Source of the DNA: a plasmid
Length of the DNA stretch: 64,000 bases
Sequence record: AP025670.1
Direction: 5' to 3' (one strand)
A program made the position numbers and the translations under genes. Positions 18,902 to 27,853 of the stretch are shown one piece after another (within the stretch, counting starts at the first letter, position 1; every line of letters starts with the position of its first letter). The notes below the pieces were generated by a model. It was not told where the DNA came from. It did no database searches and worked only from the letters and a program-made list of their open reading frames with translations.

Positions 18902-19165
18902 ATGCTCACTGCTAAATGTATAGGGTGCGGATGCACCGATGATCACGCTTGTGTTGAAAACGGTCAACCGTGTCACTGGCTTCGCGTGAATAGAGTGGAA
19001 GGTATCGGGGTCTGCTCTTCGTGCCCGGATGCTCTCAATCAATTCGCATCGACCAGCCAGGAACAAGCAACTGGACAGGATGACTACCGGAACAGTCCAG
19101 AATGGAAGGATTTTTCATCACGCATTGGTAATGCACTATGCGGGGGCCGGAGCAAAGCAAAGTAA
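18902..19165 (+). CDS. Small Cys-rich protein
   Basis: 87 aa, CIGCGC…C…C…CSSC; a terminator follows (19170-19196). Confidence 0.5.
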   Translation: MLTAKCIGCGCTDDHACVENGQPCHWLRVNRVEGIGVCSSCPDALNQFASTSQEQATGQDDYRNSPEWKDFSSRIGNALCGGRSKAK

Positions 19166-19328
19166 GGTAAAAACGGCTATGCCGTTTTTTATTTGTCTAT
19201 TACGGCATCACATTATAAGCCTGTAAATGCTGAATCTGTAATTGCCCAAAATGGGCGTGAGCAGGGGCGGGGTGTGAGGTCGTTCTAAGGCAAAATACTT
19301 TGTACTGGCAGAACAAAGAAAGAATGAA

Positions 19329-19344
19329 CTTTCACATGTGAAAG
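19329..19344. promoter_or_regulatory. Palindrome CTTTCACATGTGAAAG (copy 6)
   Basis: Exact copy 16 bp upstream of ATG 19360. Confidence 0.6.
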
Positions 19345-19359
19345 TTTTTGGGGTACGGG

Positions 19360-20292
19360 ATGGAACAAGCAATTCAAAGTTACTTGGCTGACGACCGGCA
19401 ATATCAAGACAGGATTACCGCAGCTCTCAGCCAGGTTGAAGAGAAAGGTGCAGAGTACGAAGCTCTTTGCCAACAGCGTGCTCAGTTGGGGATCTGGCAA
19501 AAAATTATAACGTTCTGGCAGTTTCGTCGAGACATCGCCGTTATACGTTCAGCACTAAAAGGCCATAACAGCGATTTGCGGTATTTGCGCCGTGGGAGAG
19601 ACCAGCTCAAAGAGGGATTGGTTTCTCGGGCCGTGAAGCAAGCGATTGACGGTAGCCAGATTCTGGAACGAATCACCCAAGCTCAAGATAGGCTTGACGC
19701 CGCATCTCGACTCCACGAGAGCAACAAGCGACTGGTGGACATGGGGCAAAAAGCCTTACGTGAAATCAGTGAGGCCTCTTCCAGTGTTTCATCAGCACAA
19801 ACAATGGAGGTTCTCGACCTTGTGACTGACAACAAGGGCATTTCCGTCATGTCGTCGATGTCAAACTCCTCGGCCAGCAGTGAAATAGACGATGCGAAGA
19901 GAGCTGTGAAAGCCTTCGCAAATGCGCTGGGGGATCATCGTGACATTGTGGGTTCACTGCACCACTCAATGGCAACTGAGTTTATCGATCTGGGTATGGA
20001 CTTTGCCGGTTTGAATGATGGTTTCGACTTTGGGAGCGTCTTCTCGCTGTTCAGCTTGTCGTCTGCCAGTTCCTCTCTGGACAAAGTAGAGTCTCGCGTT
20101 GAATCTCTGATGCCAGATCTAAGACGAGCCGCCTCCAATTCGGCAGCAGAGTATGCCCGTGTTAACGAAGAGTTCTTTGGCCTAAAACAACAGGCCTGTT
20201 GCCAAGTGCGTGAGTTGCTGGTGACAAATGGTATAGACGTGTCAGTCAAGCGCGTTGAGTCCGCCGTGAACAGCTACAGAGTTGGAAGGTGA
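19360..20292 (+). CDS. Hypothetical coiled-coil protein
   Basis: 310 aa, Ser-rich segments. Confidence 0.5.
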   Translation: MEQAIQSYLADDRQYQDRITAALSQVEEKGAEYEALCQQRAQLGIWQKIITFWQFRRDIAVIRSALKGHNSDLRYLRRGRDQLKEGLVSRAVKQAIDGSQILERITQAQDRLDAASRLHESNKRLVDMGQKALREISEASSSVSSAQTMEVLDLVTDNKGISVMSSMSNSSASSEIDDAKRAVKAFANALGDHRDIVGSLHHSMATEFIDLGMDFAGLNDGFDFGSVFSLFSLSSASSSLDKVESRVESLMPDLRRAASNSAAEYARVNEEFFGLKQQACCQVRELLVTNGIDVSVKRVESAVNSYRVGR

Positions 20293-20293
20293 T

Positions 20294-20324
20294 ATTTACA
20301 GCATCATAAAATGAACTTATGATG
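20294..20324. promoter_or_regulatory. IR operator family member (ATTTACAGCATCATAAAATGAACTTATGATG)
   Basis: Dyad family, upstream of the AAA ATPase gene. Confidence 0.5.
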
Positions 20325-20365
20325 TGGAGTGATCAACAAGTCGAAATTTATTTAAAGGATAAGCG

Positions 20366-21829
20366 ATGAGCGATATTACACAGCAAATGGACAAACTTGA
20401 GATTCCAATCAAGTTGTCCTTTCCAGTCATCAACGTTAGCACTTTTGAGCTGGGCCGCGCAGAGAGCGTTTTCTCTGACATTGCAAAGAAAGTCGGCAAG
20501 CACTTTATTGTAATGCCATTCAAGAAGCTGCCTGATCCAGGCACGATGAAGGCAATGGTGGACGAGTCCAAGAAGTCCTCCAAAAACGGAGTTGTCGTGT
20601 TCGACACTTTCTTTTTCGACCGCCAACGTGCAAACCCGGAAACACTCCCAGCCCTCAAGTCATCACTGACCTATCTGGAGAATGAGGGGATCAACTACAT
20701 CATCGCTGGCAAAGACGTCTTCAATGAAGAGTTCGTTTATCACATCGATCTCCCGGCTATGAGCAATCAGGAAATCCTGAAACTGCTCCAGACCTGTGAA
20801 GATAACGTGAAAGATGGTGGAGTCTTCGAGAGCAACGAACGTGCTGTCATCGCAAACCACGCCTTGGGCTTGTCACACACCCAGATGAAGAACGTCTTCA
20901 CCTACTCCGCTTACTTGAAATTCAAGGGTGAAGAATACCTGGGCGAGATCCGAAAAGAAAAAGCTCACATCTTGCGTGATGTCGGCCTCGATGTGCTTGA
21001 GGCCATTGATATTGGGAATGTCGGTGGTCTCGAAAACCTCAAGGAGTTCCTCCAGATACGTAAAGCCGGTTGGGACAAAGACCTTCCGGTAAAAGGTGTC
21101 CTTCTGGCCGGTGTACCTGGTGGTGGTAAATCGCTGACGGCAAAAGCCGCTGCCGGTGTACTTGGCACTACCTTGGTTCGCCTGGATATGGGCCGTTTCT
21201 ATAGCAAGTATCTCGGTGAAACCGAGCGCCAGTTCAATCGTGCATTGCAGACCATTGAGCAGATCGCACCCGTTGTTGTGTTGATTGACGAGATGGAGAA
21301 GTTTTTTGGTAATGCCGATGGCGAACACGAAGTATCCAAGCGCCTGCTGGGCTCTTTCCTCTACTGGCTTCAAGAGCGCAAGAAGAAGATCTTCATTGTG
21401 GCGACGGCCAACCGGGTTCAGTCGCTGCCTCCTGAATTGATGCGAGCTGGCCGCTGGGACCGAGCATTCTTCATTGATCTGCCAAGTGTGGCTGAGCGCC
21501 AGAAGATTTTTGAGATCCACCTCGCCAAGCAGAAGGCCAACATCGCCGCGTTCGATATGCCTACGCTACTTCGTACCACCGAGGGATACACCGGGGCAGA
21601 GATTGAACAGGCCGTCATTGACGCGATGTATCTGGCGAACGCTCAGGACAAAGAGCTCAACAATGAAGCGCTGGTGGATGCGGTCACTCGCATTACCCCG
21701 ACCAGTGAAACTCGCCGGGAAGACATCAACCAGATTCGCAGTTTGCGGGATCAAGGCTTCTATCCGGCCAATAACTTCGATGTTCAAGAGCAGAATGGCT
21801 CTGGACGCAAACTTGCCATCGAGGACTAA
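20366..21829 (+). CDS. AAA+ ATPase (classic AAA, FtsH/Cdc48-like C-terminal domain) with a ~230-aa N-terminal domain of unknown function
   Basis: Walker A GVPGGGKS, Walker B VVLIDEME, second region of homology …ATANRVQSLPPELMRAGRWDRAF…. Confidence 0.85.
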   Translation: MSDITQQMDKLEIPIKLSFPVINVSTFELGRAESVFSDIAKKVGKHFIVMPFKKLPDPGTMKAMVDESKKSSKNGVVVFDTFFFDRQRANPETLPALKSSLTYLENEGINYIIAGKDVFNEEFVYHIDLPAMSNQEILKLLQTCEDNVKDGGVFESNERAVIANHALGLSHTQMKNVFTYSAYLKFKGEEYLGEIRKEKAHILRDVGLDVLEAIDIGNVGGLENLKEFLQIRKAGWDKDLPVKGVLLAGVPGGGKSLTAKAAAGVLGTTLVRLDMGRFYSKYLGETERQFNRALQTIEQIAPVVVLIDEMEKFFGNADGEHEVSKRLLGSFLYWLQERKKKIFIVATANRVQSLPPELMRAGRWDRAFFIDLPSVAERQKIFEIHLAKQKANIAAFDMPTLLRTTEGYTGAEIEQAVIDAMYLANAQDKELNNEALVDAVTRITPTSETRREDINQIRSLRDQGFYPANNFDVQEQNGSGRKLAIED

Positions 21830-21975
21830 GCGATGGAGTGGATTTTTTGGACTGTTCTTGCTGTGTCATTGATATTCCACTCAGAAGTCAGCGACTTAAT
21901 CAATGCTCTAGCTGAGTGGGCTAGGGAGCGAGCAGGTGCGGCCAGGAGAGAGCATCAAAACGGCAGAGAGGAGAA

Positions 21976-22314
21976 TTGACCGTTATGTACAAACAAGACA
22001 TTGAGAAGGGGATTGAGCTGCTCAAGCTGTGCAGCAAACTCCAGTCAGAAAAAGATGGAGTGGATAGACCAGAGCCTCTGGTTATCGACAAGAGTAAGGT
22101 GCTGGACCAGTTCGCCCGAGACGTTTCCACATCGATCACCTACATGAGTTCGTTGTTCAAGCTCATCCCCATGATGGAAAACCTTACCGAGCTTGGCCGA
22201 AAGCTGGAGAAAGAAGGAAAGATCGAAGTTTCTCTCGGGCAAGACTATTCCATTGCCGCGCTTAACTTTGTTATGTCGGAACACGGCATGACACCCGAAA
22301 CAACTCAGGAGTGA
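21976..22314 (+). CDS. Hypothetical protein
   Basis: 112 aa; the start is uncertain (TTG 21976 or ATG 21985). Confidence 0.4.
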   Translation: MTVMYKQDIEKGIELLKLCSKLQSEKDGVDRPEPLVIDKSKVLDQFARDVSTSITYMSSLFKLIPMMENLTELGRKLEKEGKIEVSLGQDYSIAALNFVMSEHGMTPETTQE

Positions 22315-22318
22315 TGAG

Positions 22319-22711
22319 ATGAGCCATATCGTAAAAGGCAAGGTGCAGGTCGCCTACAAAGACAAAGAGCTGCTGTTGAAGGCTCTGGAGGGAGTTGGCG
22401 TCGTTGTTGAAAACGAAAAGCTGTACCGCGTGGGCGCTGGCTACACCTTCGAGAAATACCCGATTGTTCTGATCGACCAGAACAACAAGGAGCACCGGAT
22501 TGGCTACAAGGAAAAAAACGGTGTTTGGGAGCAGTACCAGGAAAACTACGGCTCTTATGGCCGCTGGACGCAGCAGGCAAGCAGCAAGGTGCAGGATCGC
22601 TACATTGCCTTCCACTACGAGCAACAGTTGAAAGAGGAAGGTTTCAGCGTGACGGTGAAGCAGCATCACGATGGCACTTTGGAACTGGAAGCTGAGGAAG
22701 CTGTTTGGTAA
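22319..22711 (+). CDS. DUF1257-like protein
   Basis: 130 aa; the N-terminus MSHIVKGKVQ…LLKALEGVG resembles the DUF1257 family signature as I recall it. Confidence 0.5.
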   Translation: MSHIVKGKVQVAYKDKELLLKALEGVGVVVENEKLYRVGAGYTFEKYPIVLIDQNNKEHRIGYKEKNGVWEQYQENYGSYGRWTQQASSKVQDRYIAFHYEQQLKEEGFSVTVKQHHDGTLELEAEEAVW

Positions 22712-22759
22712 TAGCGCCAAGGCAATCAGATTAGTTGAACTTAACGACGAGGTGACAAA

Positions 22760-22954
22760 GTGAAAAAGGTAAACATCAAGATCAAGGGCGGCAAGATTGC
22801 TGCCGATTTCACGGGGTTCCAGGGTAAGACCTGTGAAGCGCTGGAGCAGCGTATTCGCCCGGAAGAGCTTGAAGTCGAAGAAAAAGAGCTGAAACCCGAG
22901 TACCACTTCAATGCTGGTCAAACCCAGCACGAAACGGAACAGAACGAATGGTGA
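22760..22954 (+). CDS. DUF2997-like small protein (GTG start)
   Basis: 64 aa, MKKVNIKIKGGKI…FTGFQGKTCEALE, the pattern I associate with DUF2997. Confidence 0.45.
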   Translation: MKKVNIKIKGGKIAADFTGFQGKTCEALEQRIRPEELEVEEKELKPEYHFNAGQTQHETEQNEW

Positions 22955-24132
22955 TGAGAAGGACAGGGCGCGTCCCCCTTCTTTTGCTGGTTGGTCTCAT
23001 GGTCGCAGCTCCTGCGGCCTTTGCCAGTGACTTTGTGACTGGCGTAATGGTGGGGCAAATGCTCTCAGATGACTCAGGCAGCAAGAAGGCAGAAGACACA
23101 GGCCCGGAGAGTAAAACGGTCATTGATTACCATGAAGGTCAGCCGGTTGTGACCAAAGTGGAGGCCTTCAAAAGTAACAAATGGCGCAAGCTGGATGGCC
23201 CTCAGGGCGGCTATTTTGTTTGCCCAGGTGAATACCGTAGCTATTCGGGAAGGCTGCGTTGTCGCGTCCATGATGACGGGCTCAATGGTTTTATGGGCGG
23301 TATGACTGATGCTCAGGAGCTACCGCTTCAAGAAGCTCTGACCAAGTTGGAAGGTAAACCCATCTCCCTGCAAACCATTGAAGTCCACGGCAACAACCTG
23401 GCAGTCAAATACCAGTTAGCACCACCAGCACAAACGCACGTCAAAACTCAGGATCTGGGGGTGGTCAAGCAGGATGGTGAAACGCAGAAGTCTGCCAGTC
23501 AACAATCAGCGTCATCCACAGTGACTGCACCAAAGAGTGAACCTCCCAAGCAGATTAGTGCTGCACAAGACACCGACCGCAATACCAGTGCGTTTCAAAG
23601 TCCGTTCGAGGAGGTAAGTGACTCCATGATCGGTCTAATGGATAGCTCTTTCGTCAAAGTCATAGCGGGGTTGATGCTGGTGTTTGGGGTTGCTAGTGGA
23701 ATTATGAGGCAGAGCCCATCAGGAATTGTGATGGGGATAATGCCTGCAATTATGATCATGACCGCGCCAACGGTTATTCGTACCATGTTCGATACAGGCG
23801 CGGCCAGTACCAAGCCAGTGGAAGATAGCGGAAGCTCATTTCCTTTCTTCTTGGTGGCAATAGTGCCGGTGCTGATTTTCTTTGCCTATAGAGCTTTTAT
23901 GAACAACCGGAGCGACTCCGAAATTGATGAGTTGTTAAGAGAAGCCCGACGTGCTGAAAGGGCTGAACGACCAAGCAATGAGCCTCCCTCAGTGGATGAA
24001 CTCCGTGAGCGCCAGCAACAAAACCCAGAAAGAGAACCGGTGGTTGTCAGCTCATCAGCTCCGGCACCAAAGGTGCAAAAGGAAGAGCCAATCGAAGTAC
24101 AGCCAGGCAAGCGCAAAATTATTTTGGATTAG
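22948..24132 (+). CDS. Secreted/membrane protein with C-terminal KRKIILD tail
   Basis: Signal peptide, central TM hairpin, charged C-terminal region ending …QPGKRKIILD; its N-domain is paralogous to the 24488 product. Confidence 0.55.
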   Translation: MVMRRTGRVPLLLLVGLMVAAPAAFASDFVTGVMVGQMLSDDSGSKKAEDTGPESKTVIDYHEGQPVVTKVEAFKSNKWRKLDGPQGGYFVCPGEYRSYSGRLRCRVHDDGLNGFMGGMTDAQELPLQEALTKLEGKPISLQTIEVHGNNLAVKYQLAPPAQTHVKTQDLGVVKQDGETQKSASQQSASSTVTAPKSEPPKQISAAQDTDRNTSAFQSPFEEVSDSMIGLMDSSFVKVIAGLMLVFGVASGIMRQSPSGIVMGIMPAIMIMTAPTVIRTMFDTGAASTKPVEDSGSSFPFFLVAIVPVLIFFAYRAFMNNRSDSEIDELLREARRAERAERPSNEPPSVDELRERQQQNPEREPVVVSSSAPAPKVQKEEPIEVQPGKRKIILD

Positions 24133-24143
24133 TGGGGTAGGTT

Positions 24144-24491
24144 ATGAGCAAAAAGCGCATCGTAATCAAAAATGGTGAGGTCTGCGGGTTTGCCGATGAG
24201 GTTTCCTTCAAAGGCCTTGAAGTGCAGGAATACAGTAAAACAAGGGTTTCGCGCATCGTGCCGACGAGCGGCATTCTAATGATTGCGTTCTATGTTATTC
24301 GCGGACTTTGTTCAGACGAGTCAAAGATTGCGGCATGGACTCGTGTTTGGCGTTGCCAGTGGAAGGTGCTGATCGACGGTAAAAGCTATGGACCATTCAG
24401 CAGTCGTGCGGATGCTATCTCGTTCGAGAAGGACGAGATCTACAAACAAGGCAAATTCTTTGCCGATGCCACTCACGAGGCGGCAGTATGA
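24144..24491 (+). CDS. Hypothetical protein
   Basis: 115-aa ORF. Confidence 0.4.
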   Translation: MSKKRIVIKNGEVCGFADEVSFKGLEVQEYSKTRVSRIVPTSGILMIAFYVIRGLCSDESKIAAWTRVWRCQWKVLIDGKSYGPFSSRADAISFEKDEIYKQGKFFADATHEAAV

Positions 24492-24916
24492 TGACACGGG
24501 CGGCTATGGCCGCGCTGTTATCCGCGTTGGTAATAGGCCTTGTGTCTGATTTGTCCGCACAAGAGCTGGTGGTAAGCCAGGTGGCTATAGACAAGTCCAC
24601 TGAGGTGGAGAAAGAAGCTACCTTCCACAACCGCAAGTGGGTGTTAAGGACGGGGCAGGTTAGTGGATTCTTCATCTGCCAAGGAGATAACAAAGACATT
24701 TACTACCGGCATGACAGGGTGGGCGCTCACTGCCAGAAGACATCGACTGGGTGGCGCAATGTACTGGGTCTCAGGGACGATGTTCCGGAAGTTGAGCTGA
24801 GCGTGTACCTGGGGACCGTTGAAGGTGTCCCCGTGAAAGTCCTTCATCAGGAAGTGGATGGTTACGATCTGAAAGTGCAGTACAAGGTTGCACGTAAAGG
24901 GTCAGCAAATGAGTGA
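24488..24916 (+). CDS. Secreted protein, paralogous to the N-domain of the 22948 product
   Basis: Signal peptide; shared …KW-R-G…GFFICQGD / GYFVCPGE… segments. Confidence 0.5.
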   Translation: MMTRAAMAALLSALVIGLVSDLSAQELVVSQVAIDKSTEVEKEATFHNRKWVLRTGQVSGFFICQGDNKDIYYRHDRVGAHCQKTSTGWRNVLGLRDDVPEVELSVYLGTVEGVPVKVLHQEVDGYDLKVQYKVARKGSANE

Positions 24917-25472
24917 GAGTGTGCGTCGGTCAACGCCGATGGTAAAGATTAAAGTCCTGCCGAGTTTCGTAGGGGTTCCCTTCCCGTCGGTGCTACTTAT
25001 CGTTGCGGGGCTCCTTAATGGCCCTTTGTGGGGCTTTGCCGCATTCGTCTTTCATATCGTCATCAAGCGGTACATCTACAGAGAATACCGGAGGTTGCCA
25101 TATCCGATGCCAACCGGCTCAAGGCCTATGGATGAGTTGAGCGAGCTCCTTGTAAAGGGGATACCGGAGGAATTTTTCCGGCGGCTTGACGCAGCTTGCA
25201 GCTCTGATGCGTCAGTACAAATAACCTGCCCAAAGAAATACCGGATGCTCAAAATGTCGTTGAATCGCTATGCCAACCGCGCTGGTTGTTACCCGCAGTT
25301 CCGGGAGGGGGATGAAATAGCGATTGAGGTAACAGAGCAGAGACCAAGAAAAGCAGGAGCAGGGAAGGGCTTTCCAAGTATTCAAGATCTGAAAGCGTCA
25401 GAGGGTGTTCTGAGTGAACCGGAGCAGCCTATCGAAATTCAGAAAGATAAGCGCAAGATTATCTTGGATTGA
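24909..25472 (+). CDS. Membrane protein with C-terminal KRKIILD tail
   Basis: 2 TM helices then a cytoplasmic domain ending …QKDKRKIILD. Confidence 0.5.
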   Translation: MSESVRRSTPMVKIKVLPSFVGVPFPSVLLIVAGLLNGPLWGFAAFVFHIVIKRYIYREYRRLPYPMPTGSRPMDELSELLVKGIPEEFFRRLDAACSSDASVQITCPKKYRMLKMSLNRYANRAGCYPQFREGDEIAIEVTEQRPRKAGAGKGFPSIQDLKASEGVLSEPEQPIEIQKDKRKIILD

Positions 25473-25483
25473 GGTGGGTTGGA

Positions 25484-26053
25484 ATGCGGTCATTTTTATA
25501 CAGAATATTGCTTCTTTGCTTCGTCATTATCGTCCAGATAGGGCTAATCGCCATTGATGCGAGCCCGTTGGTTGTTGCTATGTTCCTCTCGCTAACAGCT
25601 TTAGTCGCTGGGGTCTGGATGGCGTACCTTCATTCCCGATTTTTGATGGCGGTGACTCCAGTAGTTATCTCTGTGCTAATGGCGACCCTCGCCATGAAAA
25701 TGTTTGAGCCGAGACTCTTTGTTTCTGCCAGCGAAAAAGGCTGGTTCCCTTTGTCATTGTTCGTCTCGATACCGTTTTACTTCTACTTGAGTTACTTGCT
25801 TGAGATAGAGGAGAAGAGACGTACATTCCGGGCCAATGTGATTGGGTTTTTGCGTGGAGTTTCGGAAGAGATCCGTCGTTCAACCAGAGAGCATAGAGAT
25901 CAAGGTGAGATAAGACACGGTGGAACAGAGCTGGGGAGTATTGACGAACTACAAAGGGGCGAGGCCAAAGAGCCAGAAGTCATCAGCTCTACATCGGACC
26001 AGAAAGAACAAGGCACTCCCAAGCGAGACAAGAGAAAAATCATTCTGGACTGA
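25484..26053 (+). CDS. Polytopic membrane protein with C-terminal KRKIILD tail
   Basis: 4 TM helices, ends …KRDKRKIILD. Confidence 0.5.
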   Translation: MRSFLYRILLLCFVIIVQIGLIAIDASPLVVAMFLSLTALVAGVWMAYLHSRFLMAVTPVVISVLMATLAMKMFEPRLFVSASEKGWFPLSLFVSIPFYFYLSYLLEIEEKRRTFRANVIGFLRGVSEEIRRSTREHRDQGEIRHGGTELGSIDELQRGEAKEPEVISSTSDQKEQGTPKRDKRKIILD

Positions 26054-26055
26054 AC

Positions 26056-26601
26056 ATGGAACAAATCAGAAAAGGCTTAACCCTCGAATACGCAAAAGAG
26101 AAGCGTGAGAAGCTCTTGGCGGAGCTCAAATCAGATGAACACTACAGCCAGACTGAAACAGTAGCCTATGGGCACCACGACCCGCTCAGCGTTCCTGTGG
26201 CAGCCTGCGATAGTTGTCATGGCCGGGCGCAAATGCAGAAGGTTATAGGTCCTCCTGTGCGCTGGAATATGGTCTGCCTGGGTTGTGGGAAGGCGATCCA
26301 GCAAATCCAGAAACGACCGTGGCAAGCAGCAATGGCGTGGAACCAAATTAACTTGGGAACACAGGACTACAGACAACTGCCCCTCTTTGGACTTGGGAGT
26401 CTGTCTCCTGAATCAGCAAGACAGAGAATGGTGGGAATACGCAGAAACCTGGAGCTGAGAAAGAGCCTCGCCGGTATCGAGAGGACGATAGCCCACAAGG
26501 AAGGTCAACGCCCACCAGGGAAAGAGTACCAGCAACGACTGGAAGCATATCTGCAATGGGCCATGCTGGCGCTGAGGTTGCTCAAAGTCAAAACAAGTTA
26601 G
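26056..26601 (+). CDS. Zinc-ribbon protein
   Basis: 181 aa, CDSCHG…CLGCG; a terminator follows (26622-26650). Confidence 0.5.
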   Translation: MEQIRKGLTLEYAKEKREKLLAELKSDEHYSQTETVAYGHHDPLSVPVAACDSCHGRAQMQKVIGPPVRWNMVCLGCGKAIQQIQKRPWQAAMAWNQINLGTQDYRQLPLFGLGSLSPESARQRMVGIRRNLELRKSLAGIERTIAHKEGQRPPGKEYQQRLEAYLQWAMLALRLLKVKTS

Positions 26602-26658
26602 TGGTGAGAAGGAAGAGAGAACCCGGTACTGTAAAGCGCCGGGTTTTTTATGCCGCCC

Positions 26659-26689
26659 TGTTTACAGTATCAAAAAGTGATGCTATAAA
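26659..26689. promoter_or_regulatory. IR operator family member (TGTTTACAGTATCAAAAAGTGATGCTATAAA)
   Basis: Dyad family upstream of the ParB-like gene. Confidence 0.5.
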
Positions 26690-26717
26690 GTGAGCAAGTC
26701 ACAAGGAGAACCAACGA

Positions 26718-27656
26718 ATGGCTGTTATCAACTCACTCCGCGCTCTCAAAGGCGTAACCGCCCCCGAAGAACTGAAAAAAGGGGATGGATTCACTATCTC
26801 TCCTCAGCTTCTGCTGGAGGAAGAAGGGTTTAACACCCGTGGCGCTTTCTGCGAGAACTACTACGAGCGCCCGGACATCAAAGCTGGTATTCGAGTGCTG
26901 GCCGATGCTTACAAGCGTGGCGACTATGTTCCGCCGATCATCGTCAAAGTTATCGACGGAAAGGTGTATGTCCGTGAAGGTCATCGCCGTCGCCGCGCCA
27001 TCCTGCTTGCTATCGAGGAAGGTGCCGACATCCAGTTCGTGCAGGTCGTAGAGCACAAGGGCGATGAAGCCGAACAGAGCCTTCTGATCGCCACCAGCAA
27101 CGATGGGCTCCCTCTTTCTCCACTTGAGCGAGCCGTGATCTACGCTCGGCTTGCAAACTGGGGGTGGAGCGACCAGATGATTGCCCAACGTGTTGGCCGC
27201 TCGGCTGAGCACGTTCGTATCGCCCGTGCCCTTCTGGAGATGCCTCTGGAACTGAAACGGATGATTCAGGAAGGCTCTGTGGCTGCCACCTACGCTCAGG
27301 AGCTCTACAACGAGCACGGCACCAACGCTGTTGAGATCCTGAAAAAGGCGCAGGAAGAACAGGCCAATGGCAATGACGGCAAGAAGGCCCCGAAAAAACT
27401 GACCAAAAAGTCTGTCGAGAAAGGTCCCCGCCTGGGCAAAAAGGTGGTTGAAGCCATGCACCGAGGCGTGAGCTCTATTACCAGTCGTCTGGACAACATC
27501 AAGCCGAACGATGACGGTGAAACGTTCACCCTTACCCTGAGCCGGGAAGATGTTGATGCGTTTCAGGAGCTGAAAGCCAAGCTGGCGGAGCTGGAGCCCA
27601 AAACTGACGAGTCCAATGAAGACCAGCAAGAGCTGGATTTGGCGGGTAATCAGTAA
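26718..27656 (+). CDS. ParB/Srx-domain protein (ParB-like nuclease domain; KorB/ParB paralogue)
   Basis: ParB box II-like GHRRRRA; 312 aa; lysine-rich linker. Confidence 0.7.
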   Translation: MAVINSLRALKGVTAPEELKKGDGFTISPQLLLEEEGFNTRGAFCENYYERPDIKAGIRVLADAYKRGDYVPPIIVKVIDGKVYVREGHRRRRAILLAIEEGADIQFVQVVEHKGDEAEQSLLIATSNDGLPLSPLERAVIYARLANWGWSDQMIAQRVGRSAEHVRIARALLEMPLELKRMIQEGSVAATYAQELYNEHGTNAVEILKKAQEEQANGNDGKKAPKKLTKKSVEKGPRLGKKVVEAMHRGVSSITSRLDNIKPNDDGETFTLTLSREDVDAFQELKAKLAELEPKTDESNEDQQELDLAGNQ

Positions 27657-27853
27657 TGGGGCGCTGTACTGTTGAGGATGCCATCCAGTTGCTGGAAGGG
27701 GGAACCATTGTTGCGGTCGTACCGGCGTCATCCGGACCAGATACGCTGGTGGTTTCCTCTATCAGGCTTGAATCCGGACTGACAGTACAGTTTTCCCCTC
27801 CAGCGGCAGCCAGTGTCAGTGTTCAGCTCGCGGAGATCGATGATGAACAGTGA
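27656..27853 (+). CDS. Small hypothetical protein
   Basis: 65-aa ORF coupled to the upstream stop. Confidence 0.3.
   Translation: MGRCTVEDAIQLLEGGTIVAVVPASSGPDTLVVSSIRLESGLTVQFSPPAAASVSVQLAEIDDEQ

Noticed and set aside
20873-21520. 215-aa minus-strand ORF inside the AAA+ ATPase gene
   Set aside because: It is antisense to a gene with unmistakable Walker A/B motifs and is an antisense artefact
21833-21979. 48-aa ORF (MEWIFWTVLAVSLIFHSEV…) between the AAA ATPase and the next gene
   Set aside because: Plausible small membrane peptide, but it has no RBS and is below the evidence threshold; it is mentioned only here
22271-22930. 219-aa minus-strand ORF across the DUF1257/DUF2997 region
   Set aside because: Antisense to two coupled plus-strand genes with RBSs; the translation is Leu/Val/Phe-rich low complexity
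26733-27731. 332-aa minus-strand ORF antisense to the ParB-like gene
   Set aside because: The plus-strand product has a ParB box II motif and an RBS; the antisense translation has no recognisable features
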